From the IMG/VR virus record IMGVR_UViG_3300031521_001337, positions 62,001 to 126,000 of that record: DNA of 64,000 nucleotides. One strand, 5' to 3'. A program made the translations under genes and the position numbers. Under the pieces are notes generated by a model that saw only the letters and a list, made by a program, of their open reading frames with translations, ran no database searches and was not told the DNA's origin. Below, piece after piece: positions 1 to 9,799 of the stretch. The stretch's first letter is position 1. Every line of letters starts with the position of its first letter.

Positions 1-1
1 T

Positions 2-592
2 GACAAGGAATTTCTTGAACTTGTTTATAAAGGTAAGAGTCAGAAACGTAAGTTCGACTTAAATAAATTTAGTGGTAATTTGTCAATGTCTCATTATGCT
101 TCTAATTGTGATAAGATTTTTAAGAAATCTATGCCTGGAGCTAAAAAACAAACTCTTAATATGGCATTCCAAGTAGGTACCTTCGTTGGAGGTAACTATA
201 GTGGTTCGTTTACTAAGATTTTGAAAACCATTCTTATGTGTCAAGCAATGAACATAAGTGTTAACATTGATATGTTTGATTCAGATACACAAGCAATTGG
301 TAACAAAGCTTCTTACGTTATGGTAAATGTTGCTAAATCTTCTGAAAAATTAAACTTTCGGGAGATCTTAGCAGCATCTCATAGAGAATTCTTCAGAATG
401 ACATTATTCAATGGATATTCGGCATCTGGAGATCAAAGACGTATTGGAACATTCCTAGATCAAAGTAGAATTATCAGAGATTTAGGTACTATGTATGATG
501 TTATTGGTGGAAATATCTTGTTAGATCAAGCTGGACATCAAGAAGGATCACCTTTAGTAAGTAAAATATTAAAAATCGGCATGCTCCGTTAA
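2..592 (+). CDS. hypothetical protein, 5'-truncated by the window edge
   Basis: Frame of ORF 80..592 is open back to base 2 (DKEFLELVYKG...); no motif recognised. Confidence 0.7.
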   Translation, partial: DKEFLELVYKGKSQKRKFDLNKFSGNLSMSHYASNCDKIFKKSMPGAKKQTLNMAFQVGTFVGGNYSGSFTKILKTILMCQAMNISVNIDMFDSDTQAIGNKASYVMVNVAKSSEKLNFREILAASHREFFRMTLFNGYSASGDQRRIGTFLDQSRIIRDLGTMYDVIGGNILLDQAGHQEGSPLVSKILKIGMLR

Positions 593-604
593 CAAGTAAA
601 AATT

Positions 605-1030
605 ATGGAAGAAGAAGTTGTATATGACGCAGTTGAAACGTTTGATACGTTTCCTGCTGTCATAGTTCAAGATGATGGAATTGCTTTATCTGAAAGTGAA
701 GATGTTGTTGAAGAACAAGTAGAAGAAGTTATTGCTATTATCCCCCGTAAAATTACAATTACAAGAGACTATATTCATTTACCTGAGGAAGGAGACGGAC
801 AAGGTGATGGAGAAGGTGAAGGTACAGGTAAAGGTGGAGTTGGCGATATGTCAGAATTCTTGAGGAAAATTCAAGAAGCGCGTGAACAATTAGAAGGTCT
901 GAATGGGGGAGATCCTTATGACGACAGTAGTGAAGGTGATGCATCAGATAACACTGCTGCAGAAGCTCAACACACGTTAGCGTCTACTGATGGTGAACGT
1001 TTTAATGTGCGTAAAAAAGAACGTTTTTAA
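605..1030 (+). CDS. acidic, low-complexity hypothetical protein
   Basis: 141 aa, D/E-rich with GEGDGQGDGEGEG linker. Confidence 0.7.
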   Translation: MEEEVVYDAVETFDTFPAVIVQDDGIALSESEDVVEEQVEEVIAIIPRKITITRDYIHLPEEGDGQGDGEGEGTGKGGVGDMSEFLRKIQEAREQLEGLNGGDPYDDSSEGDASDNTAAEAQHTLASTDGERFNVRKKERF

Positions 1031-1043
1031 AATTTAAAAAGTT

Positions 1044-1391
1044 ATGGGAGTATTTATGTTATTTGGATTTCCGTTTATCGCACTTATTTATTTTATTTGG
1101 TACGTAAGAGTACCCAAAGTTGCAGATGATTTTGATTATTATAGTCCAGATGAATTTAAACCTATAGGTTTAAAAGTTTGGACATTAATGTTAATTGTAA
1201 GCATATCAATTATACCTTTTGCCAATGTTGCTTGTATATTCGTTTCATTAATTTGGTTGGCTGTACAAATATCATTAGAAGGTTGGAGTGAAGTATTTGG
1301 TAAATTTGATAAACCGACTATATTTACTCCTATTGGTAAGTTTTTAAACAAAGAACTCGTTAAACCAAAAAAGAATGATTCCCGTAAATGA
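1044..1391 (+). CDS. small membrane protein
   Basis: Hydrophobic segments; IPFAN and KFLNK motifs shared with 2479..2745. Confidence 0.7.
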   Translation: MGVFMLFGFPFIALIYFIWYVRVPKVADDFDYYSPDEFKPIGLKVWTLMLIVSISIIPFANVACIFVSLIWLAVQISLEGWSEVFGKFDKPTIFTPIGKFLNKELVKPKKNDSRK

Positions 1392-1701
1392 TCAAATAGC
1401 AATATTTGAAGAAGCTAAAGCTAGGTATTTAATCTATCAGAATGCTTTGAATTTCTGTAGTATGTGTTGGAGTTTGAATATCACTCTTAAAGATAAGGGT
1501 TATAAATCCTCAATTTTTGAGATAGATGATTTTCTTCCAACATTTACTTATGAAAACGTGTGTAAATTAGCATCACAGTATAATTTCGAAGAACCTAAGT
1601 GTCAGTTAATAACTATCACTTATTGGTGGGATGTACATAATGCTAAACCACGTATTAGTGCTTTTGATGCATTAGTGAATCAATTAAAAAGAGGGATATA
1701 G
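1375..1701 (+). CDS. hypothetical protein
   Basis: 108 aa ORF in the co-oriented gene run. Confidence 0.65.
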   Translation: MIPVNDQIAIFEEAKARYLIYQNALNFCSMCWSLNITLKDKGYKSSIFEIDDFLPTFTYENVCKLASQYNFEEPKCQLITITYWWDVHNAKPRISAFDALVNQLKRGI

Positions 1702-1752
1702 CTCAGCCGAAAAGAGCCTAGGGTCGGGAGTTTGAATCTCTCTATCCCTCCA
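1691..1752 (+). ncRNA. tRNA-like RNA lacking the anticodon arm
   Basis: Acceptor (G)AGGGATA/TATCCCT(C), D-arm GCTC-AGCCGAAAA-GAGC, only CTA then GGGTC variable loop, T-arm GGGAG-TTTGAAT-CTCTC. Confidence 0.75.
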
Positions 1753-1855
1753 TTTCATTTTGTTTTTGATTCCAATCCGTAGAAATACGGTGCGGAACAA
1801 AAATAATTAAAAAACACATAGATAAAGATGAAAAAAATATTAAAGAGCGTAATAC

Positions 1856-2468
1856 GTGTTAAACAGAATTAAATTAATTGATGTAATTTTAGATAATCAA
1901 TCAGCAACTGATAATGATTTAATTACAGCATTAGAAAATTTTATTGCAAACAGCAAGCCTTATAATCATGAAGAAGATAGTTCATTGAGAGGGTGTGGAG
2001 TTGAAAAACCATCACCTGATAAGTTTGCAAAATTAAAAGATATAGATTGTTCAACATTGTCAGAAGAAACAGAGTTGATTGAATCTATCTTTAACAAAAG
2101 AGAATTAGCATACTTAGTAGTTAGTTCTAAAAAACAATTAATTGAATTACAGAAAGTATTAAAAGAAATTTATAAAGTAATTAAAGAAAAAGATGACGAA
2201 TAACGATAACGGAAAGACAATATTGATGGTAGCATCAACTATGTCTGTAGAAAAAATTATTGAATTGCTTGATGGTGCTCTAAATGGGTATAAAACAGCA
2301 ACCGATAAAGCACAAGCTTATAAAAGATTAGAAGTAGTATGTTCATTAGTCATGGCTAAAAACATTGCACCTAATCCAGAAACTGCTGTATTAATGACTA
2401 AAAAGATTGATGATCTTAAACGTATGGACGATCTTATTAATCCAAACGGAACTTCAAATTCAAACTAA
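1856..2468 (+). CDS. two hypothetical proteins (1856..2203, 2193..2468)
   Basis: Overlapping + strand ORFs, no motif recognised. Confidence 0.6.
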
Positions 2469-2478
2469 ATTTAATTAT

Positions 2479-2745
2479 ATGTGGTTAATTTATTTTATTT
2501 CAATTCTTTTAATGATATATATAATGTATATCGTAAAAGTAAAACTTTATGAAGATCCTAATTATCTTGAAAAAGTTCAAGGTACAATAGGATTTTATGC
2601 ATTAGGAATGGTGATTACATTTATTCCTATTATAAATACTCTTGGAGTATGTTTTTTCATGTATATGCTGATAAGGTTATTACTTGATGAAGAAATCTAT
2701 TACAAGCCAGGTCGAATCCTTAAATTTTTAAACAAAAAATGGTAA
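2479..2745 (+). CDS. small membrane protein
   Basis: ATG at 2479 after previous stop; hydrophobic; resembles 1044..1391. Confidence 0.65.
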   Translation: MWLIYFISILLMIYIMYIVKVKLYEDPNYLEKVQGTIGFYALGMVITFIPIINTLGVCFFMYMLIRLLLDEEIYYKPGRILKFLNKKW

Positions 2746-2951
2746 AATTAATTTTTATTTTCGTAGCAAAAATTATAGGGTATCTCCTTATTTTATTTGC
2801 GTGGTTCGGCATTGTCGCACCTTTTCTTGTGAGTTATCCAAGCAATACTTTGGTAGCTGTCGGTTTTATCGGCACAATCGCAGTAATGTTTTTTTGGCTA
2901 TATTCTATTATCAGAACAATTCAAAAATTCTCTAAACAATTTCTTAATTAA
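2739..2951 (+). CDS. small two-TM membrane protein
   Basis: 70 aa hydrophobic ORF directly upstream of the SPFH gene. Confidence 0.7.
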   Translation: MVKLIFIFVAKIIGYLLILFAWFGIVAPFLVSYPSNTLVAVGFIGTIAVMFFWLYSIIRTIQKFSKQFLN

Positions 2952-2962
2952 AACAACAAAAA

Positions 2963-3838
2963 ATGAAAAACTTCAAGTTTTTAGCAATTTGCGTAATTGC
3001 TGTTCTCTCAATGTCTTTAACTTCTTGTATGCACACAACTGATCCGGGTTATGCCTCTGTAATTAATGAACGTTATGGTTCAGACAAAGGTGTTCAACCA
3101 GTTCCAGTAGGCCCCGGTACTTATTACTCTGGTTTTGGTCAGGATTATTTCGATTTTCCTACTTTCCAAGTAAACTGGACATTTACTCATGACAAATCTG
3201 AAGGCTCTGACACTAATGAAGAATTTACATTTCAAACCAAAGAAGGTATGGAATGTGGAGTAGATTTAGGTCTTGCTATGCACTTTGATATGGATAAATT
3301 GCCGAAAATGTATACAACTTATCGTAAAGGCGTAGAAGAAATTCGTGGTACTGTAGTTCGTAATGCCATTCGTGATGCTTTGAATAGAGTAGCTGGTAAT
3401 ATGCCGGTTGAATCTGTTTATGGTAACGGTAAAGGTTTACTAATTGACACAGTATCAAAACTTGTTAAAGCTCAACTCGCTCCTAATGGAATTGTAGTAG
3501 ATCGTCTATCTTTAATTGGATCAGTACGTATACCTCAATCTATTAAAGATGCGTTGAATTCTAAAGTTCAGATGACACAAGATGCGCAACGTGCGCAAAA
3601 TGAGGTTGTTAAAGCCGAAGCAGAAGCTAAAATTAAAGTAGCTAAAGCACAAGGTGATGCTGAAGCTATGCTTACTAATGCACGTGCAGAAGCTGAAGCT
3701 AATAAACTTAAGAATTCTACTTTAACTCCGTTGTTGGTTCAAATGCGTTGGATTGAAGCATGGCAAGAAGGTGGTTCACACGTTCCTACTTATGTTACTG
3801 GTGCTGCCGGTAATAGCTTCATGATGCAAATGAAGTAA
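2963..3838 (+). CDS. SPFH/band 7/prohibitin-domain lipoprotein
   Basis: Lipobox-like LTSC; SPFH core (IRDALNRVAG...SVYG); Ala/Glu coiled coil AEAEAKIKVAKAQGDAEA; WIEAW..G tail. Confidence 0.9.
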   Translation: MKNFKFLAICVIAVLSMSLTSCMHTTDPGYASVINERYGSDKGVQPVPVGPGTYYSGFGQDYFDFPTFQVNWTFTHDKSEGSDTNEEFTFQTKEGMECGVDLGLAMHFDMDKLPKMYTTYRKGVEEIRGTVVRNAIRDALNRVAGNMPVESVYGNGKGLLIDTVSKLVKAQLAPNGIVVDRLSLIGSVRIPQSIKDALNSKVQMTQDAQRAQNEVVKAEAEAKIKVAKAQGDAEAMLTNARAEAEANKLKNSTLTPLLVQMRWIEAWQEGGSHVPTYVTGAAGNSFMMQMK

Positions 3839-3858
3839 TAATAAATTGAAAAATTGTA

Positions 3859-3896
3859 AAGATCTGCTCTCCTATGTGTGAGAGCGGATCTTTTTT
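3859..3896 (+). terminator. intrinsic terminator
   Basis: AAGATCTGCTCTC/GAGAGCGGATCTT hairpin plus T run. Confidence 0.8.
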
Positions 3897-3929
3897 AAAT
3901 CAAAAACAAAAACAAATAAAATATTAGAT

Positions 3930-4949
3930 ATGCCAATTATTCAAAATAATAAAGTCTATACTATAGGCAATATTACTGGTTCTCACGATAAATTACCCGT
4001 TGGTAATTATGCCTTACAATTTAATGAAAGTAATGAACAATTTTTCCTTACTCAACAAATTGATTTTAAATTACCTTCAAAACTTTATGGTGATTTCAAC
4101 TTTATTGATCGTTGGATTAAATCTTACGAACACAATAGTGCTAAAAATCTTGGTATTTTATTATCTGGTACAAAAGGAACAGGTAAAACAGTAGCTGCTC
4201 AGTTATTCTGTCAAAGAATGAACAAACCTGTTATTTTTATCACTGAAGCATACAATGGTCCCGGTTTTGAAGCATTCATTTCTGATCCACACTTTTCTGA
4301 TTCTATTATCTTTATTGATGAATTTGAGAAAGTATATCGTCGTGATGAAGAATCAAATTCATTATTGACATTAATGGATGGTATGTATCATACTAAATTG
4401 ATTTTCTTATTAACTGCAAACGATCCTTCTTCAATTAATAACAAATTGAAAAATCGTTTGAATCGTGTTAAATATCACAAAATTTACAGTAAACTTGATG
4501 CCGCTACAGTTGCTGAAATTGTTGATGATTTACTTAAAAAACCTGCATATCGTGATTCAGTTGACAAATTTGTTGAAACTGTTGATATGTTGACAATGGA
4601 TGTACTTACATCTATTATCCGGGAAGTAAATTTATTTGATGAATCTGCTCTTGAATGCGCCAAGTTCCTTAACTTGACCGCTGAACCTGAATATTTCAAT
4701 ATTACAGTTACTTATAAAGGAACTGATTATAAATGTGATGGTCAATTTGTAAATTATCGTAAGAACCCTGTAATTATTGCATATTATCAATCTGGTTATC
4801 CAAAAGAATTGACAAAATTATTGCCGGATTATACCAGTGTTAAATTATTCGAACGACCATATTCTATTATTGATGGTGTGGTTGTTTGTAAATATGCTGA
4901 AGGTGTTGAAATTAAACTTTCAAAAAGTTCTTACGCATTATCATTCTAA
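3930..4949 (+). CDS. AAA+ ATPase
   Basis: Walker A GTKGTGKT, Walker B IIFIDEFEK, LLTAN sensor, NRLNR arginine finger. Confidence 0.9.
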   Translation: MPIIQNNKVYTIGNITGSHDKLPVGNYALQFNESNEQFFLTQQIDFKLPSKLYGDFNFIDRWIKSYEHNSAKNLGILLSGTKGTGKTVAAQLFCQRMNKPVIFITEAYNGPGFEAFISDPHFSDSIIFIDEFEKVYRRDEESNSLLTLMDGMYHTKLIFLLTANDPSSINNKLKNRLNRVKYHKIYSKLDAATVAEIVDDLLKKPAYRDSVDKFVETVDMLTMDVLTSIIREVNLFDESALECAKFLNLTAEPEYFNITVTYKGTDYKCDGQFVNYRKNPVIIAYYQSGYPKELTKLLPDYTSVKLFERPYSIIDGVVVCKYAEGVEIKLSKSSYALSF

Positions 4950-4968
4950 AAAATCAAAACAAAAAAAG

Positions 4969-6138
4969 ATGACTATTCAAGAAAAAGTAGCAGAAAAAAT
5001 TGCTGGAAGTAACGATACTATCTCAGCCGCAGTAATAGACAAAATGGCTAATACTGAAATTAACAAACGTGTTGATATTTTGTTTAAATCAATTGAAAAA
5101 CAAGATGCTGCTAAAGCCGCATTAAGTAAAATCAATTATGATGATATTACTGAATATGTTGATGGCGAGCCAAAGACTAAAATGTCAGAAGCTCGTTATA
5201 AAGAAATCAAAAAAGCTAAAGAAAGTTTGGAAAAACTTACTAAAGCTATTGAAATTGCTTTAGCAGCTAACACAGCTGACTCGTACAACAAACTTGCGGA
5301 AGCATCAAAGTAGTATGAAACTGGCGACTTTACAACGAAAAGTAGATGCTATCGTTAAAAAATCGTCACAAGAAATAATTGTGGGCGTCTATCTGAAAAT
5401 GATAGATGCTCACAATGAATTTTGCGACTGTGATTATTGTGAATTGTTGAAAAAATACGTTAAAGCAAAAATATACATATGTAAAATTAAACGTCAGTAT
5501 TATTGGGGTGATGGAGAATCCCAAGATCTTTGGGATAATATTCAACGTCATAAAGAATTAATCAAGACGTTAAAATTACAAAAGGATACACTTAAATTAA
5601 AACTTCATTAAAATGAAAATGGGAACAATTATTACAATTATTTTAGCAGTTGCAGCATTAGTATTAATGTCTGAATTAAAAATATCATTTAAACCTTTTA
5701 GTGTTTCTGCACCAAACTGGTTAAATGTAATCGGATGGATAGTACTTTCTATTGCACTAGCTATTTTAGGTGTTAATGAGAATCTTAAAGGATATAAAGA
5801 AGGTTACAAAAAAGGTTCCGATGATACTATTGAACTTGTAAAACAAGTAAATAAAGAGAAACCTATTGAAACTATTACCATATCCAAAGAACATGAGTAA
5901 AGAAATTATATTACTCGAAGGTGTAGCAACAGCTAGTACTGTTGGACCTTATAGTCTAGAAGATAGAGATCGTATGAATTGGATAACTAAAGCTGGTAAA
6001 AAAGTTAAAGTTCCTGATTTAGACGATAAACACGTTAGTAACATTATTGCAGCAATGCAACGTGGTGATATTAAATGTGATAAAAGTCTTCAAGATTTTT
6101 TTGAATTAGAATTAGCACATAGAGAGAACAACCGATAG
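4969..6138 (+). CDS. four hypothetical proteins (4969..5313, 5315..5611, 5613..5900 membrane, 5893..6138)
   Basis: Tightly packed ORFs; starts adjusted to the first ATG after the upstream stop. Confidence 0.6.
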
Positions 6139-6150
6139 GTTGTTCTTTTT
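6125..6150 (+). terminator. intrinsic terminator or processing hairpin upstream of tmRNA
   Basis: AGAACAACC-GATA-GGTTGTTCT plus T run. Confidence 0.65.
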
Positions 6151-6159
6151 AAAATACTC

Positions 6160-6566
<407 letters not shown>

Positions 6567-6581
6567 TTAAATTGAAATTAA

Positions 6582-6950
6582 ATGGAAATAGTAGAAAATT
6601 TTAAGATGAAAGTTAGTAATCCTGATCAAATAAAAACTGTTCAGAGAATATTAAGTAGTATGGGTTTATTAGAGAAATTTTTATCTTCATTTTATTATGA
6701 AGGAATTTGTTATAGATATCATTCAAAACAAATGACTGGTTTTGGAAATACTAATGTACATTTTGATGATCATGAGCATAAAGAAATTACTTATGATGAA
6801 TTTATTGAAAAATATGATATTTTTAATGTTTCAACTAAAAATGTTATAATTACTACTGATATCATGTTTAAATTCATTGAATATTACATGGATCACCTTA
6901 ATGATGAAAAAACGCCACAAGAACTATTTAAAGATTGGAAAAATGATTGA
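6582..6950 (+). CDS. paralog array 1, member 1
   Basis: ENFKM...VQRIL...EITYDEF.EKY...FIEYYMDHLNDE. Confidence 0.8.
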   Translation: MEIVENFKMKVSNPDQIKTVQRILSSMGLLEKFLSSFYYEGICYRYHSKQMTGFGNTNVHFDDHEHKEITYDEFIEKYDIFNVSTKNVIITTDIMFKFIEYYMDHLNDEKTPQELFKDWKND

Positions 6951-7338
6951 AAGTTTTAAAATTAAAATTGCAGATGAAAGAGAACATAAAATAGTTCAAG
7001 AAACTTTGTTTTCTAATGGAGCTAAATGGAGAGAAGGTCAAGAAACAGTTTTATTTGGACCTAATCCAAATATAAATTGGAATGGACTTGAATATAATTC
7101 TGTAACTAAAAAAATTGGAGGATTTACTGATATAACTTCTACATCATCGTTTAATAGACATGATAAAAATGAAATATCATTTGCAGATTTTTGTAGTAAA
7201 TATGTAACTGACTCTATTCATTCAGAAAAAAATAAATATGTTTTGTTTGTACAATATTGTATGAACCATTTAAATGATGAAAAAACATTTGAAGAATTAT
7301 ATGATGAATATATATTAAATCTGAAAAATGATAAATGA
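6943..7338 (+). CDS. paralog array 1, member 2
   Basis: MIESFKI...VQETLFSNGAKW...EISFADF...YCMNHLNDE; ATG at 6943. Confidence 0.8.
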   Translation: MIESFKIKIADEREHKIVQETLFSNGAKWREGQETVLFGPNPNINWNGLEYNSVTKKIGGFTDITSTSSFNRHDKNEISFADFCSKYVTDSIHSEKNKYVLFVQYCMNHLNDEKTFEELYDEYILNLKNDK

Positions 7339-7720
7339 GAATTTTAAAATAAGAGTAAATAATCCAGAAGAGTCCATATTTGTTCAAAAACTATTATTTC
7401 AAAATGGTTCAAAATGGAGAAATGGTAAATCAGAAGTTAATCTTGTTGATAGCCAAGGTAGTTCGTGGAAAGGGTTATATCATTATTTAAATAATACTAT
7501 AACTGGTGATGCAACTATTGGAGGATATTTTCATAATCATGATAATCCTGAAATAACATTAGAAGAATTTAAAATTAGATATTTTGGTAAAGGTGAAACA
7601 AGTAGACAAACTTGTATTGATTTTGCTAAATATTGTATGGATCATTTAAATGATGAATTAACAATAGAACAATTATTTGATAACTTTATAAAACCAAAAA
7701 ATGGAAATAAAACCTTTTAA
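7328..7720 (+). CDS. paralog array 1, member 3
   Basis: ENFKI...VQKLLFQNGSKW...EITLEEF...YCMDHLNDE. Confidence 0.8.
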   Translation: MINENFKIRVNNPEESIFVQKLLFQNGSKWRNGKSEVNLVDSQGSSWKGLYHYLNNTITGDATIGGYFHNHDNPEITLEEFKIRYFGKGETSRQTCIDFAKYCMDHLNDELTIEQLFDNFIKPKNGNKTF

Positions 7721-8072
7721 AATATATCATCTTGATAATGAACAATCTAAAATTGTTCAAAATATGGTATTTCGCGATGGTGGTGGATGGGGAAGCAGCT
7801 TAGATAAAGATTTAAGAATGTTTAGTCCTAGTAATACTATTACTTTATGTATGACATCTAAAGGTATGTTAAGATCCGGTGTAGTAGTTACCCAAAGTAC
7901 ATTTGATGGTCTTGAAGGAGAAGAATTAACATATGATCAATTTAAAGAAAAATATGCTAATACTTTACGTATATCTAGAGAGAAAATCCTTGCATTTGCT
8001 GAATATTACACTAACAATATAGTTGGCGCATCATCTCCAGATGATGTATTAACTGACTTCTTAAAATTATGA
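7701..8072 (+). CDS. paralog array 1, member 4
   Basis: KPFKI...VQNMVFRDGGGW...ELTYDQF...FAEYY. Confidence 0.8.
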   Translation: MEIKPFKIYHLDNEQSKIVQNMVFRDGGGWGSSLDKDLRMFSPSNTITLCMTSKGMLRSGVVVTQSTFDGLEGEELTYDQFKEKYANTLRISREKILAFAEYYTNNIVGASSPDDVLTDFLKL

Positions 8073-8437
8073 TAATCGAAAATTTTAAAATACATCATCT
8101 TACTAGGGATCAATTTAAATTTGTTCAAGAAATAATATTTAAAAATAATTGTTCATGGGTAGGATCACACACAACTAACATTAAAGAACATTCAGATAGT
8201 AATGATATTTCTATTGTAGTAAATAATCTTGAGGCGAGATCTGGATCAGATATTGTACAAGGTATATTTGATCAACTTAGAGGAGAAGAAATTACTTTTG
8301 AACAATTTAAAGAATTATATTTTATTAATATTCCTAAATTTACTAAACAACAAATGTTTGATTTTGCGGAATTTTATGCAAATAATTCAGACACAATATT
8401 AAATGATGAATTGCTAAAACAATTTTTAAATCCATAA
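8069..8437 (+). CDS. paralog array 1, member 5
   Basis: ENFKI...VQEIIFKNNCSW...EITFEQF...FAEFY. Confidence 0.8.
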   Translation: MIIENFKIHHLTRDQFKFVQEIIFKNNCSWVGSHTTNIKEHSDSNDISIVVNNLEARSGSDIVQGIFDQLRGEEITFEQFKELYFINIPKFTKQQMFDFAEFYANNSDTILNDELLKQFLNP

Positions 8438-9336
8438 TGAACGAAACTCAAACAGAAATTGGAGTTGTTATCGGGAGATTTCAGCTACACGAATTGCATA
8501 CTGAACATATCAAGTTAATTGAACATGTTCTTGCAAACCACGAAAAGGTAATTTTATTCTTAGGAACTACATCTGCAATGGGTACTCAAAGAAATCCATT
8601 GGATTTTATTACCCGTAAAGCTATGATCGAAGCACATTTTAGAAATAGAATATCTTCAATTGTACCACTTGCTGATTGTAAATCCAATGAAGTATGGTCT
8701 ACTCAAATTCGTACTAAAGTAAGAGATATTTTTCCATCTGGAACAGTTACTCTTTATGGAGGTAAAGATTCGTTTATTCCATATTATACTGGAAATTGGA
8801 AAACAACTGAACTTGAACCAGAAGTCTATATATCTGCAACAGATATTAGAAAGAAAGTTGCCGGACGTATATTAGCATCATCTGATTTCAGAGCTGGTAT
8901 AATTTATTCGGTTTTTTCACAATATCCCCGCTCATTTTCAACAGTTGATGTTGCAATCTTTAATGAAAAAGGTGAAATTCTATTAGGTCAAAAACCTGAT
9001 GAAAAAGAATGGTGTTTTGTTGGAGGATTTGTTGATGTTACTGATGAATCCGATGAAGCTGCTGCTCGTCGTGAAGGTAGAGAAGAAACAGGTCTTGAAC
9101 TTGCTGACTTTGAATTCGTTTGTTCAAAACGTGTAGAAGATTGGCGATATAAGAATTCACATGATGCTAAAATTATGACGCATTTATACAAATGTAAATA
9201 TACTTTTGGTAGTCCACAACCTCAAGATGATATTGCTGCCTTAAAATGGTTCCCATACGGTCCTGAGCTAGACAAAATCTTGGTTGGAGAACATAAAAAG
9301 TTATTAGTTGACTTATTAAAAAATACTGAAAAATGA
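8437..9336 (+). CDS. bifunctional NMN adenylyltransferase / Nudix ADP-ribose pyrophosphatase (NadM-Nudix)
   Basis: GRFQ...H..H nucleotidyltransferase motif, RNPLDF..R, ISATDIR; Nudix box GGFVD...AAARREGREETGL. Confidence 0.92.
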   Translation: MNETQTEIGVVIGRFQLHELHTEHIKLIEHVLANHEKVILFLGTTSAMGTQRNPLDFITRKAMIEAHFRNRISSIVPLADCKSNEVWSTQIRTKVRDIFPSGTVTLYGGKDSFIPYYTGNWKTTELEPEVYISATDIRKKVAGRILASSDFRAGIIYSVFSQYPRSFSTVDVAIFNEKGEILLGQKPDEKEWCFVGGFVDVTDESDEAAARREGREETGLELADFEFVCSKRVEDWRYKNSHDAKIMTHLYKCKYTFGSPQPQDDIAALKWFPYGPELDKILVGEHKKLLVDLLKNTEK

Positions 9337-9671
9337 AAAAATACTACAGAGTATGTAACATAAATACCCATCAAGGTTTATGGTATGATTATAAAGGTAT
9401 TTTTACAGGATTAATTCATAATGATTTTAATTTTTGTTTAAATTCAAAACTTGAAATGGATTTTGATCCTAAATTAGTAGGCTGGTTATCAGTTACTGAA
9501 TCATTAGAGGGTTTATATCAATGGTTTCCTAAAGCAGATATTATTAAACTTCAAAAATTTGGATGGTTTGTTCATGAATTTGAAGCAGTTGATATTAAAT
9601 TTTATGAAAGATTTCAACACGATGTTATTAAACAAGACACTTCAAAATTTATTAAATTAATAAAACTATAA
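9333..9671 (+). CDS. hypothetical protein
   Basis: 112 aa ORF with ATGA overlap. Confidence 0.65.
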   Translation: MKKYYRVCNINTHQGLWYDYKGIFTGLIHNDFNFCLNSKLEMDFDPKLVGWLSVTESLEGLYQWFPKADIIKLQKFGWFVHEFEAVDIKFYERFQHDVIKQDTSKFIKLIKL

Positions 9672-9799
9672 TGGAAACGTACTTTAACGCAATTACTACA
9701 ATGAATTTACAAGAAGGTATAATTTTTACAGGTATTTGTATCGTTGTAATAATTGTATTAGGTACATTCATTAAAAACATTAACGATCATATTTAAACA

